58,069 bases of DNA, taken from Rhizaria sp. SCN 62-66. Lineage: Eukaryota. Position numbers and translations under genes: made by a program. Below are positions 1 to 12,748 of this stretch, piece after piece. Where the stretch lies: NCBI GenBank assembly GCA_001724265.1, contig MEDY01000168.1:1-58069 (forward strand), written 5' to 3'. Below the pieces are notes generated by a model. The model searched no databases and was not told the origin of the DNA. It was given only the letters and a program-made list of their open reading frames with translations. Numbering within the stretch: the stretch's first letter is position 1; the number at the start of each line of letters is the position of its first letter.

Positions 1-183
1 GTAGTCCGCGAGGGTGCGGCCATCATCGAGCTGCTTGCCCTGGAAGATGAGACGCTGCTGGTCCGGGGGGATGCCCTCCTTGTCCTGGATCTTCTGCTTC
101 ACGGTCTCGATCGTGTCGGAGTGGTCGACATCGAGGGTGATGGTCTTGTTGGCGAGCGTCTTCACGAAGATCTGCATCGACAT
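1..183 (-). CDS. Divergent ubiquitin / ubiquitin-fusion protein, 5' part (runs off the window start)
   Basis: Not in the ORF track. Reverse complement from ATG 183 reads [61 protein letters not shown], 49/59 identical to canonical ubiquitin from the second Met. Pyrimidine tract + CAG at 195-197 just upstream. Confidence 0.93.
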   Translation of the reverse strand, partial: MSMQIFVKTLANKTITLDVDHSDTIETVKQKIQDKEGIPPDQQRLIFQGKQLDDGRTLADY

Positions 184-1277
184 GTTGAAGGTGCCTGAAT
201 GCGTAGCAAAGAGAACGAAAGAAAACACATAATAACACGGTGAGCGTCGACACAACACGAGCAGGGAAGCATGACAATTGGGGGGAAGCGTGGGATGGGG
301 GTGACGAGAGGGAGCCACCCACAGCTGCCGACGACTTTCGGAGGACAGCCGCAAGCCGACAGGGCCGTCCACTCACGCCACGCACAACCACGCAACTAGT
401 AGAGTCCATCGACAAAATCCTTGATGACTACGCAATCACTCACAACGCAGCTCTGGCGAGAGCGGCCCTCGGGCGGGAAAGGCCCACCGTAGAAGGCGGA
501 AGCGGGGTGGGAGGTGGGCTCGGAAAAAGGATCGCAGCGCTCCGCCAGACCACCGAGTCGCGATGCCAACATCGTGATATGATATAAAACAGCAACATCA
601 CACAGATAAATTAATTCCATTCGGAGCAGAAGCACAACCGAGTCAGAAGACGCGCGGAAAGAAGAGGACAGAAAGAATGCTCGTCGAAGCGGCAGCGAGG
701 CGCGGGGGCCGAAAAACTCAAATCATTTTGGTATAGTGCGGAGGCGGGGGATTTCACGCCCTCACTATTACGGACCTCACGAACCGGTCTGATCAATTTC
801 GAAAATATTTTAACATACAATGAATCAAATTTAATTTTGAATTTGAACAGTATATCAAGACAAACAAGTTTGACGTCGCATTCTTGCCAAATGCTTTCGC
901 CCACGAAGGCGGTCGCGGCCGGACTTTTTCGGTCTGCCACAAAAATCTTTAGTTGTGTTTCGGGGATTTTACGTCCTCAAAACAAATTTGTTTTCGAAAA
1001 AGAGCGTCACGAGAGAAAGGGAAATATATCTGTGTATTCTTTCTGAAATATGTAGTCAGTTGAACCCGGCTCTTTCAAGCCACGAGCGCCTGATCTTTGT
1101 CCGGCTTCAGGTTCAGGTTGTGTTAGAAAGCGTGAATCTTTGGGCGAAATCGCACCTCAGTCTTTTGTTTTTGCATTAATAATCACTATTTTAATAAATT
1201 CAACAACATAACTACCATAAAGCACCTGTCTTAGGCGCACGCATGTCGCTGCAGTTGCCCACTATTGATTCGTAGCT

Positions 1278-1762
1278 TTACTCGGTGCTGGGAGCAGGCG
1301 GCGGTCCACCGACGCTCGGCCTCGGCGTCGGCGGCGGCGGCGGCGCAACCCCGACTTGCACCGCGGCCCCACCAGAGCCACCGCCAGCGCCGCCCGCCGC
1401 AGCAGCCAGTGCCGCGGCCCTGATCTGCGCCGCGACGCTCTGCTGCCCTTGTTGCGACTGAGACTGCGACATCACCGCCTGCGACCCGACTCCAGCGCCA
1501 GCGCCAGCGCCCGCGCCCGCGCCGCCGGCCGCGATGCCGCTGGCGCCGGACGCGGGCCGGCCAAGTCCCGCGCCGGCCGCGGCTGCCGCGCTGAGCCCCG
1601 CACCGGAGACGCTGGAGCCGAAGCTGGCGTTGGAGGCATTGTTGGGCGCGTTTTGGCGTGCGCGGACCTTGGCCGAACCGGTGAAGTAGGCGGGAGCTGC
1701 AAGGCGCTCCACGACGCTCATTTTGCGGTACACCGGGGGCGCGCCCGCACTCGCACTGCTGG

Positions 1763-1794
<32 letters not shown>

Positions 1795-4700
1795 GACTGA
1801 GGCGCGGGCACGGGCGTGACGGCACTGGCAGTCGCGCCGGGGTTCTGCTGGAAGAACGCGGCTGCGACTTGGCTGCTCACATTGGCACTCGCGCCCGAGT
1901 GACTCTGGTTGTGGCTGTTGCTGGCGGTGAAGTCGATCGACTCCTCGGCCGCGCTGAAGTTGTTGCTGTAGTCGTTGTTCACCGCGATCGTGGCCACAGG
2001 GGCTCGGGCAACACCGCCGGCCAGCGCAGCTGCCGTCGCGAGGTCCATGTCCATATCCATGTCGAGTCTGCTGTCGCCGCCTATGGCCCCGCCCGCGGCG
2101 CCGTCGCCGTCGCCCGCGAGCAGCGCGCTGCGGAACGCCGCCGTCACGCGGTCGTCGAGCTTGCCAGCGCCACCAGCAGCGGCGCCACCGCCGCCGTCAC
2201 CGTTGCCGGCGCCAGCGTTGGTGGTGGAGTTGAGCGGAGTCGATGCAGCGCCGGCAATGTTGAAGCCGTCGAGCGACACCGAGCCCACGGGCGCGCCGGC
2301 GACACTTGCAGTCATCGCGGCCGCGTTGCCGTTGCCGTTACAGTTCGTGTTGGCCGTCGTGTTGGTCGCGTAGCCGTACATTGAGCCCGGCGCGGTCGGC
2401 GGCGCCTCCGTGATGGAGTAAGCGCGCTGCAGCGTCGTCGTCGTCGTCGTCGAGCCCCCCGCACTAGCATTCGCCGAGGCGGCAGCGGCGGCGTTGGCAG
2501 CGGCGGCCGCGGTGGCAGCGTTGGCGGCGGTGGCGGCGGCGTTAGAGGTGAGGGTGTGCGAAGGCGTGTGCGAGTGGACGTGCGAGTAGGCGCGCGTGCG
2601 GTGCTGCGACGACGACGTCGCCGTGACGTGCAGCCGCGAGAAGACGTCGCTCGCAGACGCCCCCGCGGTCGTCGCCGTGGAGGCCGTGGACTGCGCGACG
2701 ACGCCGACGCCGCCGCGGGTCGACGGGGGCGCGGTGGTCGGCGCAGACTCTACGGGCGGCGTCGCCGCGCGCAAAGGCATTGCGCCCACACTGGCACTGC
2801 TGCTGCTGTTGTTGTTATTAGCACCTGCAGTGGCCGTGCTGTTGCCCGCGTTGGCGTTGGCGACGTTGGCGTTAACATCGGTGAACGTGTACATTGTCCG
2901 GTGGTTGGGCCGCGGCGCCGTGCCCGCGACGTTGGCGCTGGAGCCAGTAGTGCCGGCGTAGTTAGGCCGCACTGTGGCGTGGATCAAGCCAACGGGAATT
3001 GCCACAGCGCCGCCACCACTGACTACGCCAGTGCTCGCGCTGATGCCTGCAGCATTAGTGCCAGAGCCAGGGGCGGCTTGCGGCGGCGTGCGCGCGCCTT
3101 CACCGCCAGCGGCGGCGTTGGCGCCGGCGACGCCGCTGAGGCCGCGGTGGTAGCCGCGTGTCTTGGTGGGCGAGATGGACGACGACTCTGTGTCCGCAGC
3201 ATCAGCAGCAGAGGCTGTCGCAGCAGAGGCTCCTGCAGCCACCGCAGTGGCGCCGAGACTAAAGTCGCCGTTGACGCTGCCGTTGGCGTTGCCGGCGTTG
3301 TCAACTGGCGAGCTGCCGAGACTGTTGTTGCGCCCGGCGGCCCTGAGCCCCGCTGCACCAGCGCCGGCACCAGTGCCAGAGCCAGTGGCCGTGCGGGGCG
3401 AGACGCCAGGGCTGGGGCTGGCCGAGCCGGAGAGCCCGCTGCGGCGGCGCGGCTGTCCGCTGGCGTTGGCCAGCGCGGCGGCCGCGGCCGCGGCAGCAGC
3501 GGCGGAGCGCGGGGTGACCGAGCCGCCACCGCCATTGCGGTCGCCGGGGTTGGCGCTGTTGCCGCGCTCGCGGTCGCGGTCGCGGTCGCCGGCGAGGTGG
3601 ACGTGGAGCAGCTGCGCGCGCGAGAAGGCGTGCACGAGGTCCTTTTCGCTCGCCTGCGCCGCCAGACCCAGCCCGCCCGCGCGTCGCGAGTGGCCCCTGC
3701 GCGCGCCGGCGGCGGCATGCTCGGCGCCCCCGGCGGCGCTGTTGGTGTTGCTGGCGCTGCTGGTGGTGCTACTGGCCGCGGAGCCCAGCGCCGAGTAGCC
3801 GCCGCCGAGCGCGATCGAGCCGTGGCCCGGGACACCGCCGCTGCCGCCCCCTGCGGAGGACGAAGATGCGGAAGAGACTGCGACGGACAGCGATCCCGCC
3901 GCGCCGCCAGTGTTGCTGTTGTTGAACACGAGGCCGCTCGACAGCAGCGGCGCGCCGATGGCCGGCGTCGCGGGGCTCTGATCCGGCGTGTAATGGCTGT
4001 TTTCGCGCCGGATGCGCTCGAGCGCCTGCTCCTTGGTGCGGATCATCGCGCTCACAGTTGCGTTCATGTACGACGATGACGGCTGCGGCACCGACTGCGC
4101 CTGCGCGCCGCCCGCGCTCGCGCTGAACGACGCCGACGAGCCCGCGCCCGCGGCGGCGGCGCCAGAGGCAGCCAGGGCCGACTGGCCGCCGAACGCCGCC
4201 GCCGAGCCGTAGTGGCTGTGGCCGTGGCCGTCGTCCACGGACTCCGCGAGCGCGGCGGCGGTGGCCGCGGCCAGCGCGCTGTTGCCGTGGCCCCAGGTGC
4301 CCTGCCGCAGCACCTGTCCGCGCCTGTTGCCGCCCGCACCAGCGGCGCCGGCGCCCACGGCAGACTTGACCTGCTGCTGCTGTACCTGGAGCTGAAGGTG
4401 CATCACCTGCTGCTGCAGTTGCTGCACTTGCGCGCGCGCGGCCGCCGCGTCGCCCTTGGCGCCAGCCGCGGCCGCCGCAGCCTCCTCCTGCGCGACGGCG
4501 GCGGCGCGGCATGTGCGGCGCAGCGCCTTGGCGGCCTTGGCGGCGCGGGCGGCGCGCTCGCCGGCCGCCGCGGCGGCCTCCTTAAGCACGCTGGCGTGCG
4601 CGATAGCCTGCGCGTGCTGCTCCAGCAGCGCGACGCAGGCGTGTGCCGTGGCCGCCAGTGGCAGTGAGCCGCCGAGCAGCGCGGCGCGAGGCAAGTCGAC

Positions 4701-7700
4701 GCCGAGATAGCACTTGACACCGTCGTTTGTCGCAGTGTTGTAGTGCGGCAAGAGAGTCTCCATGAGAGTCCTGCTCCCGACAGCGACGGCGCTGGCCGGC
4801 TGAGCGTTCACAACGCCGTTCTTGCTGTGGAGCGGGACGGGGGCGCGCAGCGAGGCGAGCAGCACGACGACCTGTTTGGCGTCGACGACGACGAGCGGGC
4901 GGCCCAGCCCGTCGACCGCCGCGCCGTCAATGAAGCCGCCCCAAGCGGGCACCGCGGCCAGCTCCACCAGGTCGGCCTCGTGCGCCGCCTCGGGCGTCTC
5001 GTCGCCATCGCCCGCGCCGACGCCGCTGCCTCTCTCGGAGTTCGTCGCGGCGGATGCGGCGGCGAGGATGATGTTCGTGGCAAGCGAAGCCGCGTGGGTT
5101 GAAGAAAGCGTGTGGTCGACCTGCTGCCGCGCCTCGACCAGGGCCACGCGGGCAGACTCGCGCACCGAAGACACCAGGACCCACTGGCGGCGCTCGGCCG
5201 CAGCGGCTGCGGTGGCGCCGTCAGTGTTCTCGTGCTCAGCGTCAGCGTCAGCGTCAGCGTCGGTATCGCTATTGTCGTCGTCTTCCTCGTCTTCGTTGTC
5301 GCCGTCGTCGTTGTCGTCGGCGTTGTTGCTGTTTGTGGTGTTAGAGCGCGTTTGCGCGTCGCGGAAGGCGTAGCTCCCGTCTGCGGTGACCGTGAGCACG
5401 GCGCCACCGAGCGCCTTCTCGACCTTGCACTGGAGCACACCACCATCGCCGTCGCCGTCGCCGTCGGCGTCAGCCTCGGGGCAGTCGCCGGCGGCCTCAG
5501 CCACGCGCTGCAGCTGCTGTTGCTGCTTCTGTGCGCGTGCGAGCGCGCGCGTGGTCATGGCCGTGAGCCGCTTGTGCGCGCGGGCGACCCTGCGCGCGCG
5601 CGTGTTCTCGCGGTCGATGACGCGCGCGGCCGTGTACATCTCGGCCTTGGCGACGCGCATCGCGCCCTCGATCGCGTCGATCTCGGCTTCGAGCGCCACC
5701 GCGGTCGCAGCCGCGGCGGCCAGCGCGGCCTTCTTGGCGGCCAGCGCGGCCGCCGCGGCGGGGGTCGCGGGCGCGGACGCGTCGCTGGCCTCGGTCACGC
5801 TCGCCGACTCGATGTTGACGGTCAGCTCCCCGGGGGTGTTGCTGATGCTGACGCTCGCGCCACTCACGTTGGCGTCGTCGTCGACGGGGAGGTCGATCTG
5901 GTCCATGTACTTCTGGTGCGCGCGCGCCTGCGACTCCGACAGCGCCTCGTAGCGCAGCGCGGCGCGGCGCACGCGGCGCCGGGCCAGGTAGAGCTCCGCC
6001 GCGCGCGTCGCCAGCGCCGAGAGCGCGGAGGCCAGCGAGCGGCCCGCGGCGGCCACGGGCCTGCACGGCAGCAGCGAGCTGAGGTGGCGCAGCGACGCGC
6101 CCAGCGACGGCACTCCAGCGTTGCCAACAACAAGACTTGTACTGCTGCTGTTGTTGATGTTGATGTTGATGTGTGGGTGAGCGAGCGAGACGGGGGGCAA
6201 GGGCACGAGCGCGCCATTGGCAGCCGTGTCGACCGAGCGGGACTGAGACTGAGACTGTGCTTGAGTGACGGGCCACGCGGGGAAAAGTGAGATGAGGTGG
6301 CTGTAAACCATGAGCTGGTGGCGGCGTGCGTCGTCCTCCTGCTGCCGCGCAAACGAGGCCGCGATCGCGCTGCTCAGCGCGTCGCCGGCGCTCTCGCCCG
6401 CGCTCACCGAGACAGCGGTCGCGCCGCTCGTCGTCTGAGTGCCGGCAGCGTTGGCGTTGTTGTTCAGCGCGAGCAGCGGCGCGAGAGCGTCAGCCTCGTC
6501 CTGGGCGGCGAGGAACAGCGCCATCGCCGACGAGAACAGCGGCAGCGCCAGCACGCCGCCGTTGCCGCTGTCGACACCGTTGCTGCTGCAGTCACCGTCG
6601 GCCAAGTACGAGAGGGCGTCGCGCGCGCTGTTGAGGCCGCCGCAGTGGAGACACATGAAGTCCGGACAGCTGCCATTCGCACCCGTTGCAGCAGCAGCAG
6701 CGGCGGCGCCTGCACCGGCGTTGCTCGAGGTCGGCTGCAGCGTCTTCGAGGGACTGGACCCGCTGCTAGCCTTGCCGGTGCGGCCGGAGCTGCTAGAGCC
6801 AGCGCCACGCCGCTGCGACTGGCTAGCGCTCGCGCTCGTGCTGGAGCTGCTGTGGAGGCTCGAGCTCTGCGTCGGCCGGCTGTAGCCAAACAGCCCGCGC
6901 CGCTGTTTCTGCCGTTGCTCGCGGTCGCGGTCGCGTTCGCGCTCACGGTCGCCTGTGCGGCTGGAGGGCCTGGGGTGGTCGCCGCTGAGCCCGCTCGCGG
7001 CCAGCATCGCACCGACACTGCCGCCGCTGGCGCCACTGCGCTTTGACGCCGCACCACCAGCAGCCGCGGGAGCGTTGGGCTTGCGGGAGGAAATTCGCTC
7101 CTCCGCGCGCAGCTTGGCGACGGCGCGCTCCTTCTCGAGCTGCGTCTTGACAGACTCGTACATGCTCTTGTGCTTGGCCGACTCGCGTAACAGCACCTGG
7201 AAGCGCCGCTCCTGCTCCTGCACCCACACCTTGTGCGCGTCGTTGCGGGACTTGATCTCCTTGGCCAGCTGCACGCGCTCGCGCTTGGTCATGGCCACTT
7301 CCTCCTGCAGCCGCTTGATCTTGACCTCCTCGCTGGCGTACATCTGCCGCAGCCGCTCCGTCTCGCGCGCCTTGCTCTGGTCCAGCTGCTTCAGCCGCGC
7401 CTCGAGCAGGCGCACCTTCTCCTGGTGCGCGCGCACCATTGCGGCCGATGCGGCGGCCGCGGCCGCGGCGGCGGCCTGCTGCTCCTGCTGTTGCTGTGCG
7501 GTCGCGCCGCCGCTGGAGAGCGCCCGCTGTTGCTGCTGTTGTTGTTGTTGCTGTTGCTGCTGCTTCGAAGCCATGTCGGCCAGCACACGGGCGCGCTCGT
7601 TCTGGGTCGCGACCAGCTCGGCCTCCATCGCGGTCATCCTAGAAGAGAATACAGGCGATATGAAAAAGGATAAAGGTGGTTCCATACCCATTGAAGGTGA

Positions 7701-10700
7701 GATTGTGTTGAGCCAAGAGAAAAATATCGCTCGATATAATGTACGATATAATTGAAAATGCAGTTGTTCTGCAAAAAATAGTGACGATTAAAAAAATATA
7801 GTTGTGAAATATCTCGTTTTGCGCAGAACTATGAGCGTACCTGTCCTCATACTCGCGCCTGGCGGCCTGCTCTGCGCGCTCCTGCGCGCGGCCCAGCAGC
7901 GCGATGAGGTCCTGCTTCTCGGCGATCTCGGCGCCAAGGCTGCGATGCGCGCGCGACAGCCGCTCCATGGCGCGCGAGTGGTCGAGCTCCTTGATGTGCG
8001 CGATCGTCTTGATTGCGCGCATGTCGTCCTCCAAATCGCTATCGCTATCGCCGTGGCTTGAGCTGGCACTGGCGGGGCTCTCGTCGCCGGAGGCGTTCTC
8101 ATGGTCACTGCCCGTCGCGTTCTCGTTGCTCTCGTCAACGATCGTGATCTTGGCCTTTGACTTGCTGCTCTTGCCGTGCTTCTTGGAGATTGACTTGGAC
8201 CTAGTCTGTAAAGCCTTGCCACCAGCGCTAATGCTGCCGGGGGTTTTGCGCTCAGCGCGCGTGTTGGCCGAGTCGACCAGCGCACGCTCACGCTCGTCCT
8301 CGACCTCAGAGTCGTCACTGTCCTCAGTTGCAGCGTCGTCCTCGTCCTCGTCCTCGTCGCTGCCGCTGTCTGAGGCCGCCTCGCTGTCGCTGTACTGCGC
8401 CACGGCGTTCGCCCTGCTGCTGTTGGCCCTGTTGCCGCCGGGCGAGGCCGCGGCGTGCACGTCTCTGCGCGACGCCGCGGGGCTGTTGCCCGCGGAGGGC
8501 GGCGGCGGCGGGATCTCGGTGCCCGCATCCACGACCAGCACTACGCCCTTGGGGCCGCCGCCGTGCACGGCTACGACACCGTCGTCCACGCTGCGAACCC
8601 CACCATTGGCGGCACTATTAACAGCGGAGTTAGCGGTCGCGTCGTCTTCGCTCTTGCCGTCACTCTTGCTCTTGTTCTTGCGGGACTTGCGCGACCGACG
8701 GGCCTTCTTTGGGCCACTCTCCACCTCCACATCAACGTCAGCGTCAGCGCCAGCGTCAGCATCGCCATCAGCGGCGGAGCTCTTTTTGCTGTTGTTCTTG
8801 CCCTTACTGCGGTCATTGCCGCCAGAGGCGGACTCAGGCTCCTCTGCGCCCGTAATGCGGCGAATCAGCGCCAGCGCCTCGCGTAGAGCCTTCTTTTTCC
8901 GGTCCAGCTTGATCTGCAACGCCGCAATCGTGCGCTGGTTGTCTTCCAACACGCCCAAGTCGCCGGGACTCAGCTCATCGCTATCGATCGCCCCAGCACC
9001 AGCAGCCGCAGAGTCTGCAGAGCCGGCGTCAGTCTTGCTCTCACTGTCCCCAGCGGCGTCTTTGCCGGCGCTCTTGGCGGCGCGCTGCAGCTTGAGCAGG
9101 GCCGCGTCGCGCTGCACCGTGGTACGCAGTAGCGTCTCGCGCGCGGTGGCCAGTTCGCCGGTCAGCTCGCTCACGCGCGCGCGCAGCGTGTCCAGTTCCA
9201 GCGATAGAGAGTAGAGCAGGGACCGGGACGCGGCCGCGCCGGCCCCCACCCCGGCCGCGGCCGCCGTGAGCTCCCCCGCGCCAGCACCGGCACCGGCCCC
9301 GGCCCCGGCCCCGAGGCCGGTCACGGCGCCGGTTCCAGAGGCGGCGCTGGTAACCGCGGGGAAGCCGCCGCGAGTGCCCGTGCTAACCAGACTGCCCGAC
9401 ACGACCACGCCGCCCGCCGCGCCACTGCTGGCGGCGGCGCCGGCTGCGGTTGCGGGACTGAGACTGCCGGCAGTCAGCGCGCCAGCGTTCGGGCGGGCGC
9501 CGGTGCCAGTGATCGGCCGGTCGTCGTACCTGTACGCGCCAGGAGTCGCGCCGGCACTCGTCTGAGGCCGAGAGGAGCTCGCGGCAGCGCCGGGCCTGGC
9601 GCCAGCGCTGGCGTCTGCGGCGAAGACGGGCAGCGGGAGCCCCGCTGCGGCGAGCGCGGCCTCGAGCGCGGCGACGCGCTCCAGCAGCTGCGCGGTGCGC
9701 ACGGCCACGGGGTCGCGCGCGATCACCGCGCGGTTGCGGATGTTGCGCGCGCGGTTGGCGTAAGCCAGCGTGTTGAGGCTCTCCTCCAGGTTGATGTCGG
9801 CGGGGGACACACAGGCAATCATGAGCGTCTTGCTGTTGCCACCTAGCGAGTCCTTGAGGATGCGGGTGATCTTGGACACGCGGTACGGCACGTGCTGGCC
9901 GCGCTTGCTGGGGTCGCCCAGCGCCGAGATGACGTTGCCAAGCGCCAACAAGCCGGTGTTGATGTTGATGGCCTCCTTCATGCGTTGGCCCTGTGAGGAG
10001 GTAAAGACAACAGTAAATGAAATAGTTCACGGATGAGATAATATTGCACATGAGCATATTAGTGAAAAATAAAAATAAGCTTCATTTAAATAGATCGCAA
10101 TACAGTTCAATTGAATGTTATCTTGTTCAAGCTTGGCGTACCTGTGCGCCTGTGCGTTTGAGCCTCTCTGAGCCCGCAAGGTCAACGAAGTGAAACTTTG
10201 ACTGGATAACCTCGTCCGCGACGGCGTCAAACACGCTCGCACTGAGGATACTACTGTTAGTACTACTCGCGCTCGCGGTAGCGGTGCTCAGGGCCGCGAG
10301 GGTGGCAGTAGCAGCAGCGGCGGCCGCAACGGCCTCGGTCTCGGCCGCAGTCGCAGCCTCCGCCGCCGCCGCGGCTGCCTCAGCCTCCTGCTGTTGGCCT
10401 GCATCGTCCGCCGCCGCCGCCGCCGCCTCGGCCGCCGCCTTCGCTGCCGCGCGCGCCGCCGCCGCCGTGGCCGCCGCCGCCGCCGCAGTCTCCCCCGCCG
10501 CCGCGGCGGCCGCAGCCGCAGTCGCGAGCGCGACAGGGTCGGCCGCGCCCGCTCCGCCGCTGCCGGTCAGCAGACTGGATGCGCCGCCGCCGTTGCCATT
10601 GCCGTTATTGCGCGGCAGCCTGCGCTTCTTCTGCGTGAGGTGGAGAGTGAAGATGGCGTGCGAACGCGAAGACGTCTCGTTCATGCGCGTGGGCGCCATC

Positions 10701-11689
10701 GCGCGCGCGGCCGAGCCCCGCTCAAGCGCGGCCAGCGCGGCGGCCGGGGAGGCCACGGTGCGCTCGAGCGCGTTGAGCACGAGTACGCGCCCGTCGGGGG
10801 TTTCGCGCAGCGACGGGCCGTGGCCGTGTGCGTGCGCGTAGGCGCTGCCGGCCGCGGCGCCGGCGTTGGCGCCGTATGCAGACAACGACGAGGAGGACGA
10901 TGACGAGGTGGGCGCGCGGTAAGTCGGGATTTTGCCGGCTAAGGCTGAGGCGGAGGCGGCGGCGCCGGCTGCGGACTCGGGCCGGGGGCCGAACTCGCCC
11001 GCGCCCGTGTCAGCGCCTGCGGAGTCGCCCGCAGCGCTCGCGTATGCCGCGCTGCTGCTGTTGTTGTTGTTAGCGTGCGAGAAGTCGGCGGGGAGCGGGG
11101 CGGCAAGCAGGTCGTGGATCTCCTCGCCGTAGATCTCGAGGAAGGTTACGTGTACACTGTAGGCCGTCTCGCGCGCGCGGGCCGCGATTTCGCGGAAGAC
11201 GTACTCGAACACGCGGGGCACAATGCCTAGCGCGTCGGGCGGCAGCAGCGCGGCGCCGCCGCCAGTGCCCATGGTGTAGGTCTTGCCGGAACCGGTCTGG
11301 CCGTAGGCGAGCACGGTGGCGTTGTAGCCCTCGATGAAAGCGTCAACGAGCGAGCGCACGCAGGTCGCGAACACGGCCGCCTGCGGGGACGACTCGGGCT
11401 GCACGTGGTCAAACGTGAATGTGCGGTCGGGGCCCAGGCGCACCGTGTCGGGCGTGGGGTGCGTGATGATGGGCGCGCACGATTGCTCCAGCGGCAGCAT
11501 CGGGCGCACGCGCACGCATACGCGCACGGACGAATCGTCACCGGGGACCGGGGTCGCGGCAGGCGCGCCGGGGCTGCTGAGGCTGCCGGGACCCACGGAA
11601 AAGGCGGGGGTTACGTCGCTAACGCTGGCACTTTCATTCGGTGTCGGGGGGTAGAGTGACAGCGGGGCTGAGGAAGGCTGGATACTCAT
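1278..11689 (-). CDS. Kinesin-4 family (KIF4/KIF21/KIF27-like) motor, ~3352 aa; exons 11689-10142, 9990-7841, 7638-1278
   Basis: Motor motifs [11 protein letters not shown]-loop [14 protein letters not shown], switch [13 protein letters not shown], switch [13 protein letters not shown]. Splicing restores [30 protein letters not shown] and [20 protein letters not shown] (kinesin-4-like). Coiled coils follow. Both introns are GTACGC...AG and keep frame. Stop is TAA. Confidence 0.93.
7639..7840 (-). other. Intron 2 of kinesin (202 nt)
   Basis: GTACGC...TTCTAG, AT-rich; phase-2 join AG|G = Arg links the two large ORFs. Confidence 0.88.
9991..10141 (-). other. Intron 1 of kinesin (151 nt)
   Basis: GTACGC...CTCACAG, AT-rich; removal restores the motor domain after switch II. 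Confidence 0.92.
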
Positions 11690-12748
11690 TGTGAGAGCGG
11701 GGGCCGGGGGGCGAGTCCCCTGGAGAGCTGGATAAAGCTTACGGCGAAGTGCAAGCGCGCTGAGATGGAAGAAACGGTCTAGGCGCCAGCAAAAAGCGTG
11801 GCTAAATCTGGGTTAGACACGCGGCGGAGTCTGTGCACCGAGCGATAGGGTGAGGGGCAAGTATGGCACGCTCTGCTCGCAGAGGTGAACTAAATCAGGT
11901 TGGTGCGGGCGAAGGGAACATGTGGTGAGCATGTTACAAAAAAGTTATTCGAGCGAAAGTCTATAGTTTACAAAAACGTGTCTATAAATCGTCTCGGTTG
12001 GCTGGGAATCACGCGCGGGACGTATGAATTCAAAATCTTGGTCAAGAAAACGAGCGGTGTATCGATTCGCGGTCGGGCAGCGAGCGTTCGAGGTCGGCCA
12101 TCTCGAGGACCGAAGACGACGAGGGAGTCTAGCAAACCGATATGCAGCGTCTTGCCCGCCCGAGAATTCCGAGTGTTACACCTATTTCTAGTTGTGATAT
12201 TGGTGTAACTGTATTAATCCTTTTTTGCTCATCTTAGAAATGCGCCGATGTGGAGATAACGCCCCTTCTTCCGCGCCTCGTCGACAGCTGCGATTCCACT
12301 GCCTCGTGGTCTCTCGCTCCGCCCATGCTCTGCTGGCCAACGCGTCCCTGATGCCGCCAGCTGCCGGCATATGAAGTTATACTCTATCTATGTGCGCACA
12401 GCGCGCCCGATGGCTTCAGAGGACTTGCGCCACGGGCCGTGAGCCCTCCGCAGCGGCGTGCGTCAGCGAGCTTCCGCCGCCACCTCCACCAACACGGCCC
12501 TCGCTGCTGCCGCTGCCGTTGCTGCTGCGACAACACCTGCTGCTACGACCGCCACATGGACCAGTGCGTGTAGACCTTGTCTTGTTACTGTTCGCGTTGT
12601 TCGCACTCAATGTGCGGCTGTTGAGGGACCTGTCGCCGGTCGCATAGTCAAACCCCTTCGATCGTTTTCTTGACTCGCTCACTCTATCTCTCTTTATATT
12701 TTTCCACCTTCTCCTATTTGTCATCCCAAAGCTAGCCTTGCAGTAAAA

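Noticed and set aside
14-635. ORF-track calls of 72-130 aa at the window start
   Set aside because: Wrong frame or strand; the real CDS is the ubiquitin running off the edge, and the rest looks like UTR/promoter.
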